Shown here in pieces: positions 1 to 8,098 of a stretch of DNA of 64,000 nt (the first letter of the stretch is position 1; each line of letters opens with the position of its first letter). The stretch covers positions 241,419 to 305,418 of the forward strand of contig OY781872.1 in the NCBI GenBank assembly GCA_963677065.1. The letters run 5' to 3'. Below the pieces are notes generated by a model that worked only from the letters and a program-made list of their open reading frames with translations, did no database searches and was not told the DNA's origin. A program made the translations under genes and the position numbers. Origin of the DNA: an uncultured Methanoregula sp. Lineage in GTDB: Archaea > Halobacteriota > Methanomicrobia > Methanomicrobiales > Methanospirillaceae.

Positions 1-183
1 AGTACCCGCAGCCCGCCGCTGCTGATATAGCTGACGCCGGAAAAGTTCAGGAGGATTCTGCGGTGCCCGAGATCGATCTCCTTGTTGATTGCCTGTTCAA
101 GTGCCGGGGCTGTTGCGGTGTCGATCCTTCCGGTGAGGGTGAGGATCGTTCCTTTTTCCTGGGTAGATGATGAAATCTCCATG
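1..183 (-). CDS. STAS-domain protein (SpoIIAA/RsbV-like antagonist), 5' part only; gene continues beyond the left edge
   Basis: Hand translation of the reverse strand from the ATG at 181-183 gives MEISSSTQEKGTILTLTGRIDTATAPALEQAINKEIDLGHRRILLNFSGVSYISSGGLRV. This has the STAS layout with the S.ISS.G phospho-serine context. It is truncated, so it is absent from the ORF track. Confidence 0.7.
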
Positions 184-547
184 CGAATCCCTCTGAAGTT
201 TAATAATAATCTGCTGTGAATGTCGGCGTTGTAAAAAGATAATCCTATCCATACACCCCACACGGAAAACAGGCAGACGGGAGACTATTAAATTAATGGA
301 TGTTTAATGCGATATAGAGAAGAGCAATGGCATCCGGGATCCTTTCATCACTGTTCATCCGCCTCCAGCTGATCGGTGTCAGGGTTCTCGCCGCCGGCAT
401 GCCTGCGCGGAGAACGTTCTTTTATGACATTCGGGACCGCCATTCGTTCCTGAAGAGCCAACTCCAGCCACATTTCCTGCCAGATACCATCACGCGGGCC
501 GGGAGATTCGATATCACGCTGATCGCGATTTTTGGAGTCTGATCCCC

Positions 548-976
548 ATGAACAACTCGTTTACCCTGACGATCAAACCGGATCTCAATGAGATCCCCGT
601 GATCTCAGCGGCTCTTGAGGACGTGATGAAGAACCATTCCTTCACGGACGAGGAGATCCTTGATACCCAGCTTGCCGTGGAGGAGGCGATAACAAACGCG
701 ATCGTGCATGGGTACCACGAGACAGGGACAGAGGGAGAGATCTCTATCCGGTGCCAGGCAACAAAGGGAATCGTGGAGATCCAGATCGAGGATACGGCAC
801 CACCATTCGATCCGCTCTCCCTGCCTGAGCCGGACCTGACGAGCGATATCGATGAAAGGCAGATCGGGGGTCTTGGGATCTTCTTAATCCGGCAGGTGAT
901 GGACGAGATCGTGTACCGGTATGAAAAAAATAAAAATATCCTTGTTCTTGTCAAGCGCAGGCCGGCGGAATCTTAA
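548..976 (+). CDS. RsbW/SpoIIAB-like serine protein kinase (GHKL ATPase of partner-switching modules)
   Basis: 142 aa with an ATG start. It has an N-box-like EEAITNAIVHG and a G-box-like IGGLGIFLIRQVMDE. Size and motif order are typical of anti-sigma-factor-type kinases. Confidence 0.8.
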   Translation: MNNSFTLTIKPDLNEIPVISAALEDVMKNHSFTDEEILDTQLAVEEAITNAIVHGYHETGTEGEISIRCQATKGIVEIQIEDTAPPFDPLSLPEPDLTSDIDERQIGGLGIFLIRQVMDEIVYRYEKNKNILVLVKRRPAES

Positions 977-979
977 CAC

Positions 980-2290
980 TCATATTTCCCGCGCAATCTC
1001 CTGGATATAGGAGACCCCGATCTTTACCTTCCGGAGCCGGGTGGAATCGAGCAGGTGGCGCATGTCCACGAATTCCCCGTCGGTTACAATCTTTTTTACC
1101 TGCGTGTTGAGATCGAGGGAGGCATTGTACGGGATGTTCCGGAAGACAACGCCATGGTTGTGGAGGTACATCTCTTTTGCCGCGCCCTTGTTCAGGGGAT
1201 TGGCATAATACAGGGACGCGAGATCTTCTTCTCTGAAGAACGAGAGGTCGCTTGCCAGGTCGAGTCCTATGCCGAAACCAACGAGCGTATCCCCTTTATA
1301 GGGCGAGACGGTCTCCGATGCCAGCCATTCATGGACATGGGTGGGGGCCATGATCGACTGCCCGTCCTTCGGGGCCGAACTGGCAATGGGGGATTTTTTG
1401 AGACCGGAACTGGCAAGGCCCGCAAGAACCCCCCAGAACGTCACGGCCACGATCCCGTGATAACTCCGGACCCGGCCTTTTGCGGAGGAGAATATGATCC
1501 GGTAGATGTCCGAGACGGAGACCCCTTTCGGATCCGCTGCATCCAGCGTGTAATACTCGTTGAAGGGACCGTCGAGCGTGATGTTATACCCGGTATAGAC
1601 CGGCACATCCCCGCCGGCAGTGTCAAGAGGCGTTAAGAAATCGGGGGTGTTGTTGCCATCGGTCGGGAGCCAGACCATGGAGCCGTGGAGGGTGATCATC
1701 TCGCCAAGGAGCTGCATGGCATCAGCCTTGTCGGCGCCAAGAGCGCCAAGGCCCAGGGAGTACGTGACTTCCGAGAATTTCTTCTCCTTCACATCCTTCT
1801 CGGTGAACCGGGAGAACATGACGTTTTTAAGATCCCCCATCACGCGGAGCACCGGGGGGGAAGTCATCCACCCGGGTTCGATCGTCAGGTTCACGCCATC
1901 CCCGACGATCTTCTTGTAGAAGAGCTCGTTGAAAAGGGAGGGGTTCTTACGCTTGCTGACGATATCGGCAACCGCATCTTCCGGTGTCGGGAAGAGGTCA
2001 AAGACCGTGGTGAAACCGGCCATGTCCAGGACCTTTTTCGGGTATTCTCCAACACCGCACAGGGCGAGCCGGCCGTTCCTCCGTTTCATCTCGCGCTTTA
2101 AGCTGTTGAAGCTCCGGATCCCTCCGCTACTCAGGTACGGTGAAGAGGTCATGTCCAGGACGAGTTCCCGGTCATCGTCATTCAATGCCTCCCGGGCCCA
2201 GGCATCCAGCTGCTGGGCGCCGAAGGCATCGAGCCTGCCGCTCACGTAAAAGATCAAAACTCCCTCTTTCCTCTCGCTCCTCGCTTCCAC
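980..2290 (-). CDS. STAS domain fused to an unrecognised C-terminal domain of about 330 aa
   Basis: 436 aa. GTG start at 2290 preceded by CAGGAGA. The N-terminus VLIFYVSGRLDAFGAQQLDAWAREALNDDDRELVLDMTSSPYLSSGGIRSF is STAS-like. The remainder matches no family I can name. Confidence 0.75.
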   Translation of the reverse strand: MEARSERKEGVLIFYVSGRLDAFGAQQLDAWAREALNDDDRELVLDMTSSPYLSSGGIRSFNSLKREMKRRNGRLALCGVGEYPKKVLDMAGFTTVFDLFPTPEDAVADIVSKRKNPSLFNELFYKKIVGDGVNLTIEPGWMTSPPVLRVMGDLKNVMFSRFTEKDVKEKKFSEVTYSLGLGALGADKADAMQLLGEMITLHGSMVWLPTDGNNTPDFLTPLDTAGGDVPVYTGYNITLDGPFNEYYTLDAADPKGVSVSDIYRIIFSSAKGRVRSYHGIVAVTFWGVLAGLASSGLKKSPIASSAPKDGQSIMAPTHVHEWLASETVSPYKGDTLVGFGIGLDLASDLSFFREEDLASLYYANPLNKGAAKEMYLHNHGVVFRNIPYNASLDLNTQVKKIVTDGEFVDMRHLLDSTRLRKVKIGVSYIQEIAREI

Positions 2291-2507
2291 GGTTGCACGT
2301 CTCCTGATGAAGTATTACGTGTCCCGGATTTTTAACATTGGGGTACATCTCCCTGCAGGTATGAAGTCTGGGACTGGAGACATGAACGCACAAGAGAGAA
2401 TCCAAAAAGGTCAGGAACGGGAAGTGGGGAATTCTTTCTTTTATTGCACCGGAACAGGCGGATTCAATCCCGCGGCATTCCGGATACGGTTTAAAAAAAG
2501 CAGAGCA

Positions 2508-3062
2508 TCAGGATTCAGCAGATACAAACGCAAGGAGCGGGGTTCCGTTCCGGTCGTACAATCTGAGCTGCCCGGCATTGACCCGGAACTCCTTTGCAAT
2601 CGCGAGGTTCTGGAGATAGAGGGTCTCATTGTCCATGACGCCCGGCGCCGGGCAGGATTTCAGCGACGTTACCGGCGGGGAGATCTCGATTGCATAGTTG
2701 TAAGTGGTGTACGTTGCGCTGTAGTCGTTGCAGCCGGCATTGCCGCCAAGCCGGCCATCCCTGCCGAACCGTGCAACGATACCCTGATTGGCGGGTGACA
2801 GGTTCCCGCCCGGATTTGCGAGGGATGAAAGCTGCCAGGGGGTTGTTGTCAGGGTAGTCCCGGCTGAAGCCTGGATTGCCGGGATATTCAGGATCACAAC
2901 CAGCAGGACTGCGCACCCGAGAAGGGCAATGGCGATGTACAAATAGAGGCCCGGCTTCTGCGATTCCCGGCACGGGTTATCTGCATCGGGGTCATCCTCC
3001 GCATCGTTTGGATCATACGCATAGTCCGAATCTTCCGGATCGGGTCCGTGCTCGCCGGTCAT
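2508..3062 (-). CDS. membrane-anchored META/HslJ-like domain protein
   Basis: ATG at 3062, with an in-frame GTG at 3068. It has an acidic N-terminus, one TM helix (LYLYIAIALLGCAVLLVVIL) and a META-like core (WQLSSL...GNAGCNDYSATY...LKSCP...ETLYLQNL). Confidence 0.65.
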   Translation of the reverse strand: MTGEHGPDPEDSDYAYDPNDAEDDPDADNPCRESQKPGLYLYIAIALLGCAVLLVVILNIPAIQASAGTTLTTTPWQLSSLANPGGNLSPANQGIVARFGRDGRLGGNAGCNDYSATYTTYNYAIEISPPVTSLKSCPAPGVMDNETLYLQNLAIAKEFRVNAGQLRLYDRNGTPLLAFVSAES

Positions 3063-3275
3063 GGTCACACATTGGATGCAGGCGGCATTAACATTTATTG
3101 CAGCAGAAAAATTCCGTCCGTGATGGGGAGCCGGATGAATTTATTCCGGAAACGATTGCGTAACAGGGTACAGATGAAGAAAAATTCCCTGGTGAAAAAA
3201 ATTCTTCTGTCCTTGCCGGCATATACTATTCCCCATTGCCGGGCCCGGAGAATTGATCACGTGAAGCTGCCAGGG

Positions 3276-3641
3276 ATGAGAACCGATCTTCGCATATACG
3301 CCCTGATTGCCCTGGGCGGATTCCTCGGGGCGGTCCTGCGGTTCCTCATCGATGAACAGATCCCATCGCTCCCCGGGACACTTGGGGTCAATTTCCTCGG
3401 CTGTATCGCGATGGGCATGTTCATGTACGAATCGATCTACATAGGGAAATTCAGCCGTGAGACCCGGATTTTTTTTGGCGTGGGCCTGATCAGCGCCTTT
3501 ACCACATTCTCTACCCTTGCAGTGCAGAGTTTTGCTTCATCACCCGCAGTTGCAGTCCTGAACATTGCAGCCAATCTCGTACTCGGGCTCTTCGGGATAT
3601 TTGTCGGCAGGTACATCATCACCTACCAGAGAGGAATCTGA
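3276..3641 (+). CDS. crcB: fluoride channel CrcB/FluC, copy 1
   Basis: An internal ATG at 3276 in ORF 3048-3641 gives a 4-TM protein of about 121 aa, [23 protein letters not shown]...NFLGC...AFTTFSTLA. Confidence 0.85.
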   Translation: MRTDLRIYALIALGGFLGAVLRFLIDEQIPSLPGTLGVNFLGCIAMGMFMYESIYIGKFSRETRIFFGVGLISAFTTFSTLAVQSFASSPAVAVLNIAANLVLGLFGIFVGRYIITYQRGI

Positions 3642-3642
3642 T

Positions 3643-3996
3643 ATGGAACCGTTCATGCTCGTGGGATGCGGCGGGGCGATCGGATCGATCTTCCGGTACG
3701 AACTGGCAAAACTGCAACCGGTCCGGGGAATCCCGGCAGGAACGGCTCTCGTGAACATCCTGGGCAGTTTTTTATTCTCGCTTGTGGTCTTTTCAGCACT
3801 TTCACAGGATATCTACCTGCTCATCGGGATCGGGGCCCTGGGGGGGTTCACCACGTTCTCGACCTTCTCGTTCGAGACATTCCGGATGCTCGAAGACCAG
3901 GATTATCATGCAGTGATCACAAATACACTCATCAATGTTGCCGGCAGCCTTGCGGGAGTTGCCGCTGGATATCTTCTGGTCTTGTGGCTTGTGTGA
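3643..3996 (+). CDS. crcB: fluoride channel CrcB/FluC, copy 2
   Basis: The ATG at 3643 lies 1 nt after the stop of copy 1. Sequence [21 protein letters not shown]...[13 protein letters not shown]. The tandem pair suggests a heterodimer. Confidence 0.85.
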   Translation: MEPFMLVGCGGAIGSIFRYELAKLQPVRGIPAGTALVNILGSFLFSLVVFSALSQDIYLLIGIGALGGFTTFSTFSFETFRMLEDQDYHAVITNTLINVAGSLAGVAAGYLLVLWLV

Positions 3997-4005
3997 GGGA
4001 AACAA

Positions 4006-4332
4006 ATGCTGACCGATGGCAAACTGTTACGAATCTACATTGCAGAATCTGCACGTATAGGAGAAAAACCGGCATATAAATTCCTGCTGGACTATTTCAG
4101 GGAGAAAGGATTTTCCGGCTGCACGGTCTTCCGGGGGATGGCCGGGTTCGGCCACGAGAACAAGCTCCGGACCGTGGACGTGCTCCAGCTCTCGCTCGAT
4201 CTCCCGATCGTGATCGATGTCATCGATGCCAGCGAGAAGATCCTCTCCGTTCTGCCCGAGATCGAATCGATGGTGGAGCACGGGCAGGTCATGATCCAGG
4301 ATGTCAGGACCGGCAGGAAAACCAACCGGTGA
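4006..4332 (+). CDS. DUF190 (PII-like fold) protein commonly linked to crcB
   Basis: 108 aa, LLRIYIAESARIGEKPAYKFLLDYFREKGFSGCTVFRGMAGFG. It sits directly downstream of crcB. Confidence 0.8.
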   Translation: MLTDGKLLRIYIAESARIGEKPAYKFLLDYFREKGFSGCTVFRGMAGFGHENKLRTVDVLQLSLDLPIVIDVIDASEKILSVLPEIESMVEHGQVMIQDVRTGRKTNR

Positions 4333-4383
4333 TCCGCGGCAGACTCCCTCTGAAATTTAATAGTCCGGCGCCCAAGTACTGGT

Positions 4384-4608
4384 ATGGATAGTGCAGTTGT
4401 AAAAAAATGGGCGATCTTCTTTCTTTGCATCCTCATTGCAATCCTGGTCGCGGACCGGCTTGCAGGGATCATTGTCGGCGCCCTGAACGTAACCGGAGGG
4501 ATCGGGATCGTGCTGAACTTCGTTGCCTACGCCCTGATCTTCTTTGCCGTGCTCTTTGTGATCGAGAAGGTATTCAAGATCGACTTTTTCGGGTTCTACC
4601 GGGAGTAA
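4384..4608 (+). CDS. small hydrophobic membrane protein (hypothetical)
   Basis: 74 aa with two or three predicted TM helices. No family recognised and no clear SD. Confidence 0.4.
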   Translation: MDSAVVKKWAIFFLCILIAILVADRLAGIIVGALNVTGGIGIVLNFVAYALIFFAVLFVIEKVFKIDFFGFYRE

Positions 4609-4640
4609 GGGAATTCACGGATCGGGGTGTACTCTCCCAC

Positions 4641-4928
4641 CCTAATCCGAGCCCTTAACGAGCTCCGTTTCCCTCTTCCCGGATACCACTGCAGGTTTCC
4701 ACGGGAAATGATGCCAACCAAACAGAAAAAGTCACCATTTTTCGCCCTATTTTAAAAAATAATGGCAATTTAACGAATTCAAGCGTGCAATATAGCAGCC
4801 TTCCAATGGCCGTCATTTTTGTCACCTGCATCATCCCATCCAATGGGAGAAATGCCCGCAGAACGCGAATATGAACGTTTTTCAAATTTACGTCGGAGAA
4901 CTAGTCCGGATTCAGCCGGGGATATAAA
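4641..4928. repeat. dispersed non-coding repeat, copy 1 (about 290 bp)
   Basis: Aligns by eye along its whole length with 12659-12946, roughly four-fifths identical with a few small indels. It has an AT-rich core (TTTTAAAAAATAATGGCAATTTAACGAATTCAAGCGTGCAATATAGC) flanked by GC-rich arms. Boundaries are approximate. Confidence 0.8.
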
Positions 4929-4931
4929 CGT

Positions 4932-5150
4932 TCAGTCGATATCTGCCGTTTCGTGCTCTTCCTCATAACTGAACACTTCTTCGATATTCACATCAAAAAA
5001 CCGGGAGATCCTGAAAGCAAGGTCGAGCGAGGGGACGTATTTTCTGTTTTCTATGGCAAGAATGGTCTGCCGGGTGACACCGGTAGCCTGCGCCAGATCT
5101 TCCTGAGTGAGATCGTGCATTGCCCGGAAAACTTTGATCTTATTCTTCAT
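4932..5150 (-). CDS. XRE/Cro-C1 family helix-turn-helix regulator
   Basis: The ATG at 5150 gives 72 aa, MKNKIKVFRAMHDLTQEDLAQATGVTRQTILAIENRKYVPSLDLAFRISRFF. The start overlaps the stop of the upstream membrane-protein gene by 11 nt. Confidence 0.85.
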   Translation of the reverse strand: MKNKIKVFRAMHDLTQEDLAQATGVTRQTILAIENRKYVPSLDLAFRISRFFDVNIEEVFSYEEEHETADID

Positions 5151-5586
5151 CGGTCTCCCAGTCCCCGTATTTCCGGGCATAGTACATCCGGAACCCGACA
5201 TAGAGAAAGATCATCAGACAGAGAAGCCCAAGCTGGAGATATCCGATCATCTTCGGGGTGAAGAGTCCCACCGGGCGCCCGATGAAACGTTCCTTTGAGA
5301 ATTCCGGAACATAGAGGAGCTCCATGACCGCCAGGATCGAGATCGCACAAAACCCGACCCAGAAGATCTGGAATGTCCGCAGCACGGCCTGTTCGGTGAT
5401 CTTTGCACTGCGTTCATCCTCGCTCATATCAACGACCATTCTCCGGATCAGATACGCGAGCGCAACCGCTATGATAAACGCAGCTTCGATGATGAGAGGA
5501 TTATGGATCTCCACGGAATACCAGAAAATGGCAAGAAGGATGAGAGAGATGCAGCCGATCAGGAGATAGAATACATTTTTTTTCAT
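5140..5586 (-). CDS. 4-TM membrane protein, DUF2178-like (partner of the XRE regulator)
   Basis: 148 aa with hydrophobic helices and a MSEDER segment. The pairing of a membrane protein with a small XRE regulator is as I recall for DUF2178. The family call is from memory. Confidence 0.65.
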   Translation of the reverse strand: MKKNVFYLLIGCISLILLAIFWYSVEIHNPLIIEAAFIIAVALAYLIRRMVVDMSEDERSAKITEQAVLRTFQIFWVGFCAISILAVMELLYVPEFSKERFIGRPVGLFTPKMIGYLQLGLLCLMIFLYVGFRMYYARKYGDWETDEE

Positions 5587-5677
5587 GGCAGCCCTTTCCA
5601 GAGACCGTGGTTATCTGACATTATGAAAACACCTCCGCCAGCAGGGTTGTGGATCTTCTGGTGCCAGCATCGGTACT

Positions 5678-5700
5678 AAAAAAACGGGGAGAATCCCCGT
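5678..5700 (-). terminator. hairpin followed by a T7 run (read on the minus strand)
   Basis: The plus strand reads AAAAAAACGGGGAGAATCCCCGT. On the minus strand this is ACGGGGA-TTC-TCCCCGT followed by TTTTTT(T). It lies about 100 nt downstream of the stop at 5801. Confidence 0.5.
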
Positions 5701-5800
5701 CCCTGGCTTTGGAGGGTGAAAGGTGCTGATTCTTTTGGAAGTTGTGCTTGTTGGGTCATTGCTTACAGGTGTTCATATGGCTGTGCTGCAAATACCCGCA

Positions 5801-6115
5801 TCACAACACACGGGTATTTGTATAGTATGTTTTACATTTTGTTTCAAATACTTTCCGATTGTGCCAATAAAAAATCCGCAGGGGCCAGGGGAAAAAGACC
5901 TGGCGGGTCCCGTTGAAGTTGCTGTTCCGGGCTCCCCGAGTGGCAGAATTACAGTCCTCCCCACGGGGGGTAAAATGGTGCTGGCGCTTTGCATTCGGAA
6001 CTGAGCGGCTGCTGCCATCCAGCATACATCCGGCAATGATAATACCAGCTGCGAGTATGGCCGCAACTAGAAGCGCAAGGATACGTTTTTTTTCACGGGT
6101 ATTACCCCAAGTCAA
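5801..6115 (-). CDS. possible small lipoprotein (hypothetical)
   Basis: TTG start. The N-terminus KKRILALLVAAILAAGIIIAGC looks like a signal peptide plus lipobox. The C-terminal half is compositionally odd. The terminator at 5678-5700 supports transcription through this region. Confidence 0.3.
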   Translation of the reverse strand: MTWGNTREKKRILALLVAAILAAGIIIAGCMLDGSSRSVPNAKRQHHFTPRGEDCNSATRGARNSNFNGTRQVFFPWPLRIFYWHNRKVFETKCKTYYTNTRVL

Positions 6116-6146
6116 AATCCACTACAGAAAAAAGGAAAAAACGTGG

Positions 6147-6977
6147 TTACGCCCCTGCTGTGCGTGCGGGAACATTTTTACCGGCAGCGAAACTCGGATG
6201 GGTTACCGTCTGGTTGCCGGAACCCGGGGTGTGGGGCTGGAACGAACCGTTTTTCTGCCATTTTGTACGGTTACTGCTGTTCAGGGCAGTGAGGTTACCG
6301 GACTTGACCGGCGGATGTGCTTTCATGTACGCTGCCATCCACTGCATTGCTCCGTTGATATTGCCGGAAGTAAGATTCGCCTGAACCCCGCTCACATCAA
6401 CGCCCTGCTGCGAGAGCCGGGTGACGCGGGCCTGGAGCTGCTCTGCCTGGCGGGTGCTGTTTGCAACTGCAACCGGGCGATCCCTGATAGCCATGAGATC
6501 TTTTGTCGCTCCGGGGATATCGCCCGCGGTAAGATCGGCAAGAACTTTTGTTACATCCACACCCTGCTTTGAGAGTTTTGTAACTTCATTCCGGAGTCGC
6601 TCTGCCTGGGCTGTGGCATTGACCGCATGCTGGCGGGTGCTGTTCGCGGCGCTGATGGCCGGGTGATCTCTTGAATAGGTCCTGAGCCACCGGGCTGCTG
6701 CGGTCGTGTTGCCTGCGGCGAGCTCCGCCTTTGCCGCGCTGACATCGACCCCTTGCCCGCTGAGGTTGACAAGAACTGCCTGGAGCCGCGCAGTCTGCTG
6801 CGTGCTGTTGAACATATGATGTGGGCTTGAGTTTCCGGCAGGAGTTCCTGCCCCTGCAATCGATCCTGATGTGGAGACTGCAGCCGCGGCGCTGACCGGA
6901 CTCATGATAAGTCCGATCACCGACAGCGCGATCGTTATGAGAACGACTGCCTTTGAACGTGTATTGGTGAGTTTCAT
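6147..6977 (-). CDS. secreted repeat protein with many N-glycosylation sequons (hypothetical)
   Basis: ATG at 6977 preceded by GGAGGT. Signal peptide MKLTNTRSKAVVLITIALSVIGLIMSPVSA. Three repeats of about 55 aa with the pattern NST.Q...L......LS.QGVDV......L..G. Confidence 0.65.
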   Translation of the reverse strand: MKLTNTRSKAVVLITIALSVIGLIMSPVSAAAAVSTSGSIAGAGTPAGNSSPHHMFNSTQQTARLQAVLVNLSGQGVDVSAAKAELAAGNTTAAARWLRTYSRDHPAISAANSTRQHAVNATAQAERLRNEVTKLSKQGVDVTKVLADLTAGDIPGATKDLMAIRDRPVAVANSTRQAEQLQARVTRLSQQGVDVSGVQANLTSGNINGAMQWMAAYMKAHPPVKSGNLTALNSSNRTKWQKNGSFQPHTPGSGNQTVTHPSFAAGKNVPARTAGA

Positions 6978-7258
6978 TCCTGGAACCTCCGAATGGAAAG
7001 GATTCCGATGCGGACTGAGAGGGAATGGCCGCATCGTGTAAAGTACATTTTACATTTTGTAATATAAATTTTCAGTTTTATCGAACATTTGTTACAATTT
7101 TTAGGAGAACAGGATCTGCTGACAATTCTGCAGGGATTTTTTTTATCTGCGGAAAGCAGTCTCACATCAATCTGCTCTGGAGGTACAAGCAGAACGCAAA
7201 TATGTCCATTAAAAATTCATGTTAATACTACAGGGGAGAAGTTTAACCCGAAACGTAT

Positions 7259-7888
7259 TCACTCCCGTTCCCGGCTCCCGTCATCCCAGGTTCTGAGAAT
7301 ATCCAGGTCCCGCATCAGCGTTGCCCGGCTCATTGCCTGGGCCCGGGTCAGCATCCGCTCCTGGATAAAATCATACTCGCAGAGTATTTTTGAATTCCGG
7401 AGCAGGGTTGCCCGGATCGGGTGGTGCCGGTGAATGACCGGTTCCTGGTTCCGGAAATACCATTTTATCCGGTGGAAGGTGAGCCAGTCCAGTTTCATCG
7501 CAAGCGTTGCGTGGAACGCAAAGTCTTCAAGCGAGTCCAGGTCATATTTCCGCAGCGAGCAGTACGGGGCAATCGCTGCTGCGAGATCGTACCGGAACTG
7601 CCGGAGAGTATCGTCGGGAGTGATCGTGACATACACCACCCTTGTATCGTCAAAAAATCCATAGCCCCCGACCTCGTATTTCGGGATCTTTTTCTGGTGT
7701 CTGCAGATTGCGGTAAAGTCCTCAACGAGTTTTTCTTCATCCTCGCAGGAGAACGGGCCGGCAAGCGTGATATGCGGGACAACCAGGTTGTTCCCGAGGC
7801 TGAATTTCTCCGTTAAATGATCGCTCAGCTGCCGGATCTGGTTCTTCACGGAGCCCATCAGGCGGATATCGATCAGATAGTGAGTCAT
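7259..7888 (-). CDS. 2H phosphoesterase superfamily protein (LigT / 2'-5' RNA ligase-like)
   Basis: 209 aa with two H-x-T-x motifs, VVPHITLAGPF and AFHATLAMKL. Confidence 0.75.
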   Translation of the reverse strand: MTHYLIDIRLMGSVKNQIRQLSDHLTEKFSLGNNLVVPHITLAGPFSCEDEEKLVEDFTAICRHQKKIPKYEVGGYGFFDDTRVVYVTITPDDTLRQFRYDLAAAIAPYCSLRKYDLDSLEDFAFHATLAMKLDWLTFHRIKWYFRNQEPVIHRHHPIRATLLRNSKILCEYDFIQERMLTRAQAMSRATLMRDLDILRTWDDGSRERE

Positions 7889-8098
7889 TGCTCCCGCCCG
7901 GTTACCAGCGCCAATCCGACAACCTCATGCTCTTGGTCCGGGTATTCTTTCACGATCAAATGCAATAAATCCTGTTCTGTAATGGTCCTGGAACTTATCC
8001 GGATTACCCGTTCACTGACAGGCGGGCAGTTTTTTGGGGTACGTATCTCCGCAGATTGAGGAATGATTTTTTGAGAATAAAAAGGGGGAAAAGAATGA

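Noticed and set aside
327-542. 71-aa ORF just upstream of the RsbW-like kinase
   Set aside because: No SD and no recognisable family, and the composition is odd, although third-position GC is compatible with coding. Evidence is insufficient to call it.
2455-2485. tRNA-like T-arm (GGCGGATTCAATCCCGC)
   Set aside because: The flanks do not form an acceptor stem, D arm or anticodon arm, and the stem itself is imperfect. No tRNA was identified anywhere in the window by eye.
3068-3275. Fluoride riboswitch upstream of crcB
   Set aside because: I could not find the conserved crcB-motif core or its pseudoknot partners by eye. The segment CCGTGATGGGGAGCCGG is only superficially similar. This needs a covariance-model scan to be definitive.
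4655-4885. 76-aa ORF inside the repeat (also 12760-12978 and 63240-63515)
   Set aside because: The reading frame is not preserved between repeat copies, because indels shift or stop it. The translations are not protein-like. The conservation is at the DNA level.
5820-5850. Shared promoter motif TTTACATTTTGT (also at 7047-7060)
   Set aside because: There are only two occurrences, one of them inside a possible ORF and about 240 nt from the nearest start. This is too little to call a regulatory motif.
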